Shown here: in pieces, positions 1 through 12,556 of the stretch
Layout of the letters: each line of letters opens with the position of its first letter
Position numbering within the stretch: the first letter of the stretch is position 1
Assembly: GCA_964016885.1 (NCBI GenBank)
Contig: OZ024740.1
Span: 389,050,001-389,114,000 of the forward strand
DNA length: 64,000 bases
Direction: 5' to 3'
Source of the DNA: Eledone cirrhosa
Lineage: Eukaryota
Notes under the pieces: model-generated
Seen by the model: only the letters and a program-made list of their open reading frames with translations
Database searches by the model: none
What the model was told of the DNA's origin: nothing
Program-made: the position numbers and the translations under genes

Positions 1-554
1 GGTGGGGGGGGGGGTCTTCCATGTATATGAAGAAATATAATGCAATAAATGAAGAAAACAGAAAATAAATAAATAATATAATAAAATAATTAATATAATT
101 TGTATAATTTGAAAATAAATAAATAAATAGAGAATAAAGAATAAAGAATAAAGAATAAAGAATAAATGAAATATTGGTGAAAAGGTAATGAAAATGAATA
201 TGGAGAAGTGAAAAATAATGTAGGATAAAGTGTGTGTGTGCTATAAACAATCTCAAGGTCAGAAATATGTTGGATAGATTGGTATGAGGACAAGATGTTA
301 AGATAAGATAATCAAACTAAATGAGTTTGTGTTATAATCAATCTCAACTTAAAAATAAATATAAGGTGATTCAGTGAAGAGGGCAGAAAACAAATAACAA
401 ATTAATAAAGAGAAATCAAGATTTAAAATTGGAACTTGAAAATCAGAAATCTAGTAAATTAAAAAGTGTTTGTGTTATGTAGATGTTGGCCAAATTATAA
501 TGGCTGTGTCCGATTCTATCTCTAGGCTATCATGGTGTCTGCTCAGCCTGGGTT

Positions 555-2650
555 GTTCCCTATGGCTTGAGGGGAGTTCACAACCTAGGGTGTTGTTACT
601 GCCCATATAGCTTGAGGGAGGTCTGGCTGAGAGGTGTTTTCATGTTCTGTAGAAGTCCCTATAGCTTGAGGGCAGTTCACATCTTCTTGTGTTGCTACTG
701 TCCATATATCTTGAGAAAGGTCCCGGCTCTAAGGTGTCTGCATGTCCCGAAGAAGTCGGTTCTGAGGTTTATCAGGCTGCTTCCACCTCTTAGTATCTCG
801 AGGGTCTCGTTCAGGCATAGTTTGCATATGCAAGATCCCCCTTTATCGGGTGGTACTTTCCTGATTATGTACCAGGCCAGAGAGTATGGGGTCCTGTCCA
901 GCTTAAGCTTCCAGATCAGGTCGGAGAGAGCTGTGCTTTTCCTTTTGGCTTCCTTCTTGAATGAATGGCGATGGTTGTACCAGCGGTCTTTAAAGCTCGT
1001 TGATGTGGCTCCTATGTAGAGGTGTTCGGAGTTGGGGGTTTTAACCCTACAACCGTATACTAGGTTCTTCTTGAGGCATTCATTACCAAGGGGGCATGAT
1101 TCGGGGTTTCTGCAGTTGCAGAGGGTGGTCGGCCTCTGCGTGCCTAGATTAGGGTTCCCGTTATGTGTTACATGTTGGTCTTCCCCCGGGATCGGTGGGG
1201 GGTCCTCGGGTCGGTTTGGGTTTCTTGGGTGGGCTCTGGGTCCCCCCTTCCCTCCTTTCACATGGTTCTGTTGAGTGTTTGTATTGCCATCTTCTGGTTG
1301 TGTGTGGTTTTAAGCCTACTTCTGTTGATGCTAGCTATGTGTTGGGCCAAATTTCTCGTGGTGGAATACGAGAGCTTCACAGTGTGTCTGTTGAAGATCC
1401 TGTGGTGTCTGTGGTCCCTCGGGAAGCATTTGTCAAGTGCTCCAAAGAATAATTGGGCCAAGCTTTTCTTTAGGGCCGCTGAGTAGGGTGGGTTGTACCA
1501 CGTGATTTTTCGGTGTCTCCTCCTATATGTGTGGGTCGGGGGCGTCGTGATTTGTTGGAGATCTGTTGGGTTGCTGGTGGTTTCCGCACTCTTGCTTCCC
1601 TTTTGGGCTCTATGCTTTCTGTTATCTTCGCGGCCCAAATTTGTGGGGTGGTCGTTGTCCGCCCCGGGAGATCCATCGTGGGTTGGTCGCCCCCCTACGT
1701 GTCCTGCGGTTGGGGTCGTCTGTCCTAGGGTGGTTAGCGTCACGCCTGAGACTGCTACTCATATTGTGCTCCATCTCGTGGTCAAGCGCACTAGTCTCCA
1801 CCGCCCGTGTGGTGGTGTCGGGCACATGGTGCCTATTTGATTCTGCTCTGCCTGTATTGTTAGGGTTCGCCCTCCCCCTCCCCCCGGGCAACGCGGTTGT
1901 GGGTGTCTGTTGGGCTATCCCCATCCCGGCTTTTCGGACTATATGTTATATTTTGGCCATGTGCCGCCTTCTTTAGAGCTGCGTTGTAATATTCCGCGTG
2001 GTTATTGAATATTTCCTTACTTGCGGACAGGCTGGAGATCCTGTCCGAGACACTCTTCACCACTGCCTTGGTTATGGATCTAGGGTGGTTTGATTTGGCG
2101 TTAACATATGCGAGTTTCTCGTTGGGATTGTGATAGGGGTAGTATTGCTCGGTGTTCAGGTTTAGGATGGTGTCTAGGAAGTTAACTACCTTGCTATTTG
2201 GGTCTATTTCTATGCTGAGCCCCTGGTTCTTAAAGAAATGGCGAATACGCCTCCTCATACCCTCCAACATGTTGGTGCTGTGGTCATATACTGTGAATAG
2301 AGCATCGTCACGATGTAATCCGCCGCCCAGGCAGGGGATTTCATCTTTTATCTGCTTCAGCAGGTAGAGCCCAACCAGGTCCTTTACTTGCGCTGAGTCG
2401 CTGGAGCCCATCGTGATGTCAAAGTTATTTGGCCAATCACTCCTGGTCCAAAGGTCTCCGTCGAAGCGGATTAAGGTCTTTCTTGCGGCGTGGATGATGC
2501 TCACCTCCTCTCGGGTTAGGTCCGTATTGGACATCATAAAAATAGGGCCTTATTAAGTACTATGGGTGAGATTGAGGAGTAGTAGCTTGCGATGTCTAGT
2601 TGTATAAAGCTGGTCCTACTTTTCTCATGCAGTATTTTAAACCATTCAAC
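555..2650 (-). mobile_element. Decayed Penelope-like retroelement (RT + GIY-YIG), 5'-truncated and frameshifted
   Basis: ORF 1860-2537 has FDITMGSSDSAQVKDLVGLYLL, GGLHRDD (YRDD variant), VNFLD and SNHP. ORF 1258-1743 has WYNPPY and KLSYSTT. ORF 695-1261 has CNCR..CPL..CL, VYGC, YIGAT, CKLCLNE and CRH. Confidence 0.95.
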
Positions 2651-2830
2651 CATATGTTAACGCCAAATCAAACCACCCTAATAACAGATTAAAGTTTAAG
2701 CAAAGAATCGCTGCTTTCATCCTTAACGGGATCTTCTGAAACTAACAAAGTCAATCTGTAAACGCAGAAGTGGATATTTCAAAAAACGTTGCAACCGGAG
2801 GAAGACAGGAAGACGATACTTTGGTTCGTG

Positions 2831-3092
2831 GACACGTTCGCTGGCAAAGAACGGGAAAAAAAAACGAATAAGATACGTCATAAACAATTACGCGCAAAGA
2901 CAGAACCACGTTTATGGTATAAAAGAGGTCGTAGACTAATGTTCTCTTAGGTGGTTCATAGAGACGTTCTCTGGCAATGAACGAAAAAAACGAAGATAAT
3001 ACGTCATATGTGGAGCGTAAAGAACAATAGCACGAAAAGACAAAACCACATAAATGGTATAGCAGAAGTCGTAGACTAAAATTCTAACTAGG
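2831..3092. repeat. Two diverged tandem copies of a ~130 bp unit
   Basis: gacacgttcgctggcaaagaacg...gtcgtagactaatgttct (about 2831-2950) recurs as gagacgttctctggcaatgaacg...gtcgtagactaaaattct (about 2961-3090). Confidence 0.75.
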
Positions 3093-3672
3093 AGACCGAA
3101 TGAATCTCCGCTACAGAGTTAAGAACAAAGTAAATAAATACAATACAGAAGTAATAGAAATAAATAAATACATACACGCAAACAAATACGTACATACATA
3201 AGCATACACAAAACACTTATCATAGGTATACAAAACCACGCACATATAAATATGTGTGTGTGTATGCGTGTATGCAAATAAATAAATAATTATATAAACG
3301 TATATAAATAAATAAATACGTATATAACAAGCGCACACACATACCTACATGTAAATACCCGAATGTTCGGAGACGTAAGTCAACCAAAACATGAAGTACA
3401 CATATACACACACCCTACATACGTACGAACCTGCATACTCACACAGACGCAAAACTCCCGTATACACATAGCCAAACCATATGTACCAGAATTAAAAAAT
3501 AAAAAAATTATACGCCATAATATAAACAATCAAATATACGTACGAGAAGGTATACGTACCTTCACGAAACATACGGGTAATATATTCTTACCTATGCAAA
3601 TAAGTAATGGTATAAACAAAACATATACTTAGCTCCCACATCAAGACGTAAAATATCCACGTATAGATCGTA

Positions 3673-4885
3673 CTATCCGTTAGGGTATAACGTGGGGCTG
3701 TAATACAGGAACGTTTTGTGCAATTTATGTTTACAAGCCGAAATTACCTCAGATTTTTTGTTTAAGATGTGGTCTGTGGCGTAGAGTATTTCCAGGGCCT
3801 CAGCGGCGCAGAGGTCACATGGTATTTTATTTCCGTTATACGATCTTGCCCTAGCTAGGATCTCCCAGTGTAACTTATATTGGGTGTGGTTGTCTTTTAG
3901 ACTCCAGATATAAGCTGAAAGTGACGTCATATTCCTTCTTAGAGGGTAACGAAAAGAATGGGTATGCGTGTAAAGACGCTGCTTGAATCTATTAGCGGTT
4001 AACCCTATGTAGGCCCTACAGGACGTGGGTATTACAACCTTACATTTGTAGACAATGTTACTAGAGAGGCATTTCCCGGATAGCGGGCAATCAACCCGAT
4101 TCCTACAATTACAGTTAGTACTAACTACAGGGTTGCACGTGTTCCTACGGCTAGGTAGTTTAGCTAAATTTGAAGCTGTGATGTTATGTGCAAGGTTAGG
4201 AGTCGTAGAGTAAGAAATAAATTTTAATAGTATTTCTATTAAAAATGTTACTATCTTTATGCGTAGGGGAAAAATGCTTCGTAATAAGGGAAAGAAAGAT
4301 CTTAGCTAATGGTGTGGCCACCTCCATATTATATGGTGGGTTATACCAACAAATGCGACGGGATCTATTTCTTCTAGGTCTATTTTCGTACTCTGTATAT
4401 GCTACCTTATCGACAAATCCACTTCGAGCAAGAGCTTCATTGTAATAAGTGGAATGGTCGTTGAAAATACTCCCGTTGGTGGAAAGACGGGAGAGCCTCA
4501 ACGAAACGTTTCTTATCAGGTTCTTGGTTATGCTGGCAGGATGGTTGGAATGCTTACTTATGTAATTAAGCGTATCATTCGGCTTTATATACGGGTAATA
4601 CAACCCATTCAATAAATTGAGGGTAACGTCAAGGTAATTAACGACCGAGAGATTGGCCTCAACCTGTATAAAGAGGTTGAAGCCTTTAAAGAAGGCTGTA
4701 AGTTCTTTTCTGAACCTGTCGCAAGCACGAGGTCCGCACTTAGTCATGGTCAATAGACCATCGTCACGGTACAAACCACCGCCCGCGTTGGGGAATTCGT
4801 CCTTGATAGAGAAAAGAAGGAAAAGGCCGATAAGATCAGTAACCTCCGCAGAATCACTGGTGACCATACTCACGTCGAATGGGGT
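3673..4885 (-). mobile_element. Decayed Penelope-like retroelement (RT C-terminal half + GIY-YIG)
   Basis: ORF 4196-4927 has FDVSM..SDSAEVTDLIGL, GGLYRDDGL, VNYLD, SNHP and WYNPPY. ORF 3673-3930 has LSAYIWSLKD, CDLCAAE and CKHK. The 5' truncation abuts (TA)n. Confidence 0.95.
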
Positions 4886-4897
4886 ACTATTGGATTT

Positions 4898-5235
<338 letters not shown>

Positions 5236-5428
5236 TAAATCTACCAAAAGTTTACGGTCGTGTCCAATCCGTATGAAGAACTCAATGTAATCCGGATATC
5301 ATGAAAAGAAGAGATGCATTCAAAAATCACCTTCGGTGAAAGATAAATGGAATACAGCGTCAAGATAAAATATTTAAAAAATAATGAATAAACAAAGAAA
5401 CAGTTCCTTATATTAAACAAAAAAAGTT

Positions 5429-5567
5429 CATTATTTTACGATCGTTTCTAGGACATATATGTGTTAGAATTGGTATGCATATTCAAAAGATCTATGTACA
5501 AAATTATACAAACTATCAAAGAGAAGATACATACCTTCACATATATATGCTGTCTTCAGAAATAATG
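5429..5567 (-). ncRNA. Type I hammerhead ribozyme motif with a long stem II
   Basis: Minus strand reads CATTATTT-CTGAAGA-[..catatatatgtg..cacatatatg..]-GAAAC GATC GT A-AAATAATG. Stem I is a perfect 8 bp, the core is intact, and stem III is palindromic. Confidence 0.75.
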
Positions 5568-6087
5568 ATGCATATTTATTGATAATAACAACAATTCAAA
5601 ATTACAGGTCTGTTTGGGAACAGATTTTAAATAGACCAATGAAATACATAAAAATTCATCAAGAAAATACAGTTAGGTGTGTGTATATATGTATGTAAAT
5701 CCGTTCACAGATGTGCATAAAAATGTATGTTCATATGTATACGTATGTTGAAAAAGTGTATGTAAATATAAAAATTTAGGGCTAATCTATCTGTATGTTT
5801 ACAATCTACAGACAGAATATATATATATATATACACACATATACATACATGCATACACATACATACACATATATATATACACACATACATATACATACAT
5901 ACACACACACACACACGCATACGTATATATTATTATTATAACTATATGGATATTGAGGCACTCACATAAACACGCCCACTTACATTTAGATGCAGAAGTA
6001 AAGGAGGTAAGGGAGTAAGTAATTAAAGGAAAGTGTCAATCTCGACATATTTATAAAAATGTATCCATAAAGTTAGAAATAAAAAAC

Positions 6088-6120
<33 letters not shown>

Positions 6121-6170
6121 ATAATATATATATATATAATATATATATAATATATATATATATAATATAT

Positions 6171-6215
<45 letters not shown>

Positions 6216-6337
6216 ATATATATATATAATATATATATATATATATAATATATATATAATATAATATATATATATATATAATATATATATATATATATAA
6301 TATATATATATATAATATATATATATATATAATATAT

Positions 6338-6369
<32 letters not shown>

Positions 6370-6544
6370 ATATATATATAATATATATATATATATAATA
6401 TATATAATATATATATATAATATATACAATATTATTATTACTATATATATAATATATATATATATAATATATATATATATATATAATATATATATATATA
6501 ATATATATATAATATATATATATATAATATATATATATATATAT

Positions 6545-6768
6545 CTTTAACGATCGACTTTTTTTGTCAAATCGGACCGAGGGAACAATGTTTCCGTTGG
6601 TCTTTCCAATTGCTAATACTATCTATCGGTCGCAACTCCAGGTAGAAGGAGCAACGTGAAATAAAGTGTCTTGCTCAAGGACATAACGCATCGCCTGGTC
6701 CAGGAATCGAACTCACAACCTTACGATTGCGAATACAATTCTCTAACCACTCAGCCACACGCCTTCAC
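6545..6768 (-). mobile_element. tRNA-derived SINE, family B
   Basis: Minus strand has A-box-like tggctgagtggttaga and B-box gagttcgattcc, then gtccttgagcaagacactttatttcac. A second copy lies at 9085-9292. Confidence 0.8.
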
Positions 6769-6905
6769 TATATATATATATATAATATATATATATATAA
6801 TAATATATATATATATTATATATAATATATATATATATATATTATATAATATATATATATATTATATATATATATAATATATATATATATAATATATATA
6901 TATAT

Positions 6906-6938
<33 letters not shown>

Positions 6939-6961
6939 ATATATATATATATAATATATAT

Positions 6962-6995
<34 letters not shown>

Positions 6996-7176
6996 CATAT
7001 ATAATATATATATACATATATATATATATATAATATATATATATATAATATATATATATAATATATATATATATAATATATATATATATAATATATATAT
7101 ATAATATATATATATAATATATATATATATATAATATATATATATAATATATATATATAATATATATATATAATAT

Positions 7177-7208
<32 letters not shown>

Positions 7209-7235
7209 ATATATATATATATATATACATATATA

Positions 7236-7266
<31 letters not shown>

Positions 7267-7267
7267 C

Positions 7268-7309
<42 letters not shown>

Positions 7310-7311
7310 TA

Positions 7312-7780
<469 letters not shown>

Positions 7781-7804
7781 TATATATATATATATAATAT
7801 ATAT

Positions 7805-8002
7805 AACGAAGGAAATGTGGTAAGGAACCAGGTGGACCATAACGCACCAAAGTACTCAATACTTTGGGTAGTAGAGTGGGTAATAGGAACAAGTAAGACC
7901 CCGACGGCTGAGCTCAAGCCGTTTCGACGGCTAATTCTGGACTCAGAATTAGCCGTCGAAACGGCTTGAGCTCAGCCGTCGGGGTCTTACTTGTTCCTAT
8001 TA
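7805..8002 (-). mobile_element. Fold-back mini-element, family X (PLE pLTR end with the 3' half of an HHR)
   Basis: Palindrome 7881-8002 centred near 7941 contains GAAACGGCttgagctcAGCCGTCgggg. There is a ~76 bp one-sided tail and (TA)n on both sides. Confidence 0.8.
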
Positions 8003-8027
8003 TAATATATATATATACACATATATA

Positions 8028-8058
<31 letters not shown>

Positions 8059-8080
8059 TAATATATATATATATATACAC

Positions 8081-8125
<45 letters not shown>

Positions 8126-8204
8126 TATATATTATATATATATATATATTATATATATATATAATATATATAATATATATATATATATAATATATATAAT
8201 ATAT

Positions 8205-8250
<46 letters not shown>

Positions 8251-8268
8251 ATAATATATATAATATAT

Positions 8269-8371
<103 letters not shown>

Positions 8372-8402
8372 TATATATAATATATATATATATATAATAT
8401 AT

Positions 8403-8434
<32 letters not shown>

Positions 8435-8453
8435 ATAGTTTTAATATAGATGA

Positions 8454-8502
8454 GATTCTACAGGACTAGAACTGTTTCATTCATAAGAAATCATCAGGAA
8501 TC
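8454..8502 (-). ncRNA. Type I hammerhead ribozyme (intact core)
   Basis: Exact reverse complement of 8507-8555. Confidence 0.85.
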
Positions 8503-8506
8503 ATCA

Positions 8507-8555
8507 GATTCCTGATGATTTCTTATGAATGAAACAGTTCTAGTCCTGTAGAATC
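8507..8555 (+). ncRNA. Type I hammerhead ribozyme (intact core)
   Basis: GATTC-CTGATGA-tttc ttat gaat-GAAA CAG ttctagtc CTG TA-GAATC. Stems I and III pair and the cleavage triplet is GUA. Confidence 0.85.
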
Positions 8556-8736
8556 TCATCTATATTAAAACTGTTATACTCTGCTATGTATTGAGTACCT
8601 TACTTACTGTGGTTACCTCCGTTTCAACCCGGAATAACGTATATATATATAATATATATATATATATAATATATATATATATAATTCATATATATAATAT
8701 ATTTATATATATATAATATATATATATAATATATAT

Positions 8737-8770
<34 letters not shown>

Positions 8771-8847
8771 GAATATATATATATAATATATATATATATA
8801 ATTCATATATATAATATATTTATATATATATAATATATATATATAAT

Positions 8848-8900
<53 letters not shown>

Positions 8901-8932
8901 ATATATATATATATATAGAATATATATATATA

Positions 8933-9292
<360 letters not shown>

Positions 9293-9293
9293 C

Positions 9294-9324
<31 letters not shown>

Positions 9325-9717
9325 TTGTGTGTGTATGTACATATATATATACATATATTTACATATAATTTTATTAAGGACATCAAAAAACATTATTCGA
9401 CAAAAAAAATACATTACTAGAAATACGATAGGTTATAAAATAAATAGGATGGGTTGGGATCTCAAAATATAAATTAATGCCTAATTCTGTGGTTTTAAAA
9501 CATCAATGGAGGCAATTTACCGGTATGGACTGAGTGCTCTACCACTACGGATATTACCTTCCAGTGTTCTACCGATTTTCCAAAAACACACACACCTCTG
9601 CTTATTCCAACCCCTCCTTAATATTTGGGACACGAGAGTATACTTTTTGTTCACAGCCGCACACACATACGTACTCACAAACACACACATACATATATAT
9701 TTATATAGAGTGAAGAA

Positions 9718-11285
9718 AAAGTATGCATATTTGACGTTACCCTCAACCTCGAAAATGATCTATACTATCCATACAGGAAACCAAACGACAACATACACTC
9801 CATCCACCGCCGCTCAAAGCATCCTAGAAATATCACCAATAACCTGGTTAAAAACATCTCCCTCCGCATATCTCGTTTGTCCGCTAATGAGCAAATATTC
9901 GATGAACATGCGCCTTATTACAATCAGGCCCTCGAGCGAAGTGGCTTTCGGGAGAAAATCTCTTTTTTACCCAGCTTCCCCTAGCGGAACCAACAGGCGA
10001 CGCCGTCGCTCACGCCACGTAACGTGGTTCAACCCTCCCCCACAATGCCGAGGTTGCAACACCCATCGGGAAAATCTTCTTTAGGCTCCTCGAAAAACAC
10101 TTCCAACCACAACACCCCTACCACAACAAAAACACTATCAAACTCTCCTACAGCACCACACCCAACTTCGCACAAAACATCGCCTCCTCAAACAACAAGA
10201 AACTCAACTCCTATGGAAGAAACAACCTAGACATTAGTGGAGAGCCAACCAGGAGGTGTAACTGCCCTGATAGATCTACGTGCCCCCTCAACAACAGATG
10301 CCAAGAACGTAACGTGATCTGCTAATACAACGTGAGGACGGAAAACTCCAACAAAGCCTATATAGGATTAACCGCTTGTGACTTTAAGACATACGTTCAG
10401 AAACCCGGCCCGGTGACATGCCACTAGACTTTCGGGCCACATCTGGGACCTCCATGATAATAACATCACATACCATCTTACTTGGAGCTTACTTTCCAGG
10501 GCTAACTCCTACACGGGAGGACGCCGTACGTGTAACTTATGCTCGGAGGAAACAATTAATGCTGGTTACGAAGGACCAACTCCTAAACAAAAAAGAACTT
10601 GTAACCGCATGTAAACACCGATTGCGTAGGACTTACCTCGCCCTCAAACCCCCTCATGACCCGGGTGGGTAGACAATGGCTGTAACATCATTCTTTTGCC
10701 CACTTTCCGAACAAGATACGGAATACCCCAGCATACATAGGTAGATGTACTTTTTTTCTTTTTTCCCTTTATCTTTTCTTCTCACTTCCTTCCACTCCCT
10801 CTCCTCTCCCTTTTCCTTTTTCCTCTTTCGCTTACCCTGAGGCAGCCCATCGGGCTTTTGTAGCCTCAGTACCCCCACCCCAGTAAATTTTATATAGCAT
10901 TGGCCGAAAACGCAATACCAGCTAATAATATAGCAGCTGTTTTAGACTCTAGTTTTTTTTATTTTTTATTATTTTTTATTATTTTTTATTATTTAATTTT
11001 TTTAACATTATTTTTATTTATTATTTTTTAATTTTCAATTTATTAACTTTTTAATTTTTAATTTTATAACTTCCCACTCTCAGATTCCTCCAGAATTCTT
11101 TTTTCGCCTGCTTTCTAGCTAGCCTAATTTCACCCACACTCTTTAGAATTTGGTGTATAGAATTCACTTTCAATGCTTGACCGGCTCCATCCACTCCCTC
11201 ATTGTTCTACGGGCAAGTTCACCCACCACCCACTGCCATGAAGGATTTAATTGTGTTTACAAGCAATTTTGACCAATCCTTTTGT
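9718..11285 (+). mobile_element. Decayed Penelope-like element (thumb + GIY-YIG + 3' UTR), family X
   Basis: Broken frames give YLDVTLNL, WFNPP, KLSYSTT, CNCP..CPL, YIGLT, CNLCSEE and ACKHRLR. The 3' UTR matches 52667-53350. Confidence 0.9.
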
Positions 11286-11289
11286 TAAC

Positions 11290-11294
<5 letters not shown>

Positions 11295-11350
<56 letters not shown>

Positions 11351-11454
11351 ATGCGTGCGTGAGTATATGTGTGTGTGTGTGTGTGAGAATGTATGTGTGT
11401 GTGAGAATGTATGTGTGTGTGTATGTGTGTGTGTGTGTGTGTGTACGTGTGTAT

Positions 11455-11488
<34 letters not shown>
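11295..11488. repeat. (GT)n/(CA)n microsatellite
   Basis: A GT array followed directly by a CA array. Confidence 0.95.
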
Positions 11489-11493
<5 letters not shown>

Positions 11494-11577
11494 CGTACAC
11501 ACATACGCTTATGTATATGTATGTTTACGTATTTGTTCTGTAAGATTCTTGATGTGAAATCGTGTATTGGAACCGAT

Positions 11578-11970
11578 ATAGTTATATTTGGAGATGGTCA
11601 TGTTGCCAATATTTCCAATAAAAAGAAACACACGCGCCATCTAATTTTCACTTTATCTTTATTGTTCGTTATTCATTTGTTTGTCAAAATCCTTCTGTCA
11701 CACATTCTGTGACATCCTCAATGACTATCAGTTTTGCGCTTCTTCTTTTTTTGTGGAGCATAAATCAAAGACAAGATGGGGTGGAAGTGTAAGACCGAAA
11801 TGAATAGGTAGCACATAACAAGTAGCCATTGAGGAGATCGCAGAATGTTAACCAAAAGAACTTTGACAAACGAATGAATAAGATAAAGATGAAGAGAATA
11901 TTATATGGCGTGTGTGTTTCTTTTTTATTGGCAATATTGGTAACATCACTATCTCCCAATATAACAATAT
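11578..11970. repeat. Diverged ~150 bp inverted repeat
   Basis: gttatatttggagatggtcatgttgccaata...cctcaatgactat (about 11581-11728) is the approximate reverse complement of tagccattgagg...ctatctcccaatataac (about 11823-11965). Confidence 0.7.
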
Positions 11971-12033
11971 ATATATGTGTATGTGTGTGCGTGTGCGTGT
12001 GCGTGTGCGTGTGCGTGTGCGTGTGTGTGTGTG

Positions 12034-12097
<64 letters not shown>

Positions 12098-12110
12098 TAA
12101 TAATAATAAT

Positions 12111-12442
12111 AATGGTTTCTTATATAGGCACAAGGCCAGAAATTTGGGGGAGGGGAAAGTCAATTAAATCTACCCCAGTGCCTGACTGGTACTTTATTTT
12201 ATCGACCCTGTAAGGATGAAAGGCAAAGTTAACCTCAGCGGGATTTGTAACAATAATTGTTTCTACTTTTGGCACAAGGCCAGCAAATACCCAGTACATT
12301 ACTGGTACTTTATTTTATCGACCCCGTAAGGATAAAAGGCAAAATTAACCTCGGCGGGATTTGAACTCAGACAGTAAAGGGACGTAACTATGCTAGAAAG
12401 CATGGCGTCCAACCCTCTACCGATACTGCCAATTCACCGCCC
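12111..12442 (-). mobile_element. Two tandem copies of SINE family A (OK-like tRNA SINE)
   Basis: Core ggtactttattttatcgaccccgtaaggat(g/a)aaaggcaaa(g/a)ttaacctc occurs twice. The B box GAGTTCAAATCC is on the minus strand. Confidence 0.9.
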
Positions 12443-12456
12443 AGCGGGATTTGTAA

Positions 12457-12480
12457 TAATAACAATAATAATAATAATAA

Positions 12481-12511
<31 letters not shown>

Positions 12512-12555
12512 AAGAAGAAGAAGAAGAAGAAGAAGAAGAAGAAGAAGAAGAAGAA
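12457..12555. repeat. (AAT)n-(AAG)n compound microsatellite
   Basis: Direct reading. Confidence 0.95.
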
Positions 12556-12556
12556 A

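Larger units (their letters stand above)
8437..8638 (+). mobile_element. Fold-back mini-element, family Y, with two back-to-back hammerheads
   Basis: Palindrome 8437-8572, then tail gagtaccttacttactgtggttacc...aacccgg, then (TA)n. Confidence 0.85.

Noticed and set aside
567-2367. Plus-strand ORFs overlapping the first PLE
   Set aside because: Antisense shadows of the GC-richer retroelement frame.
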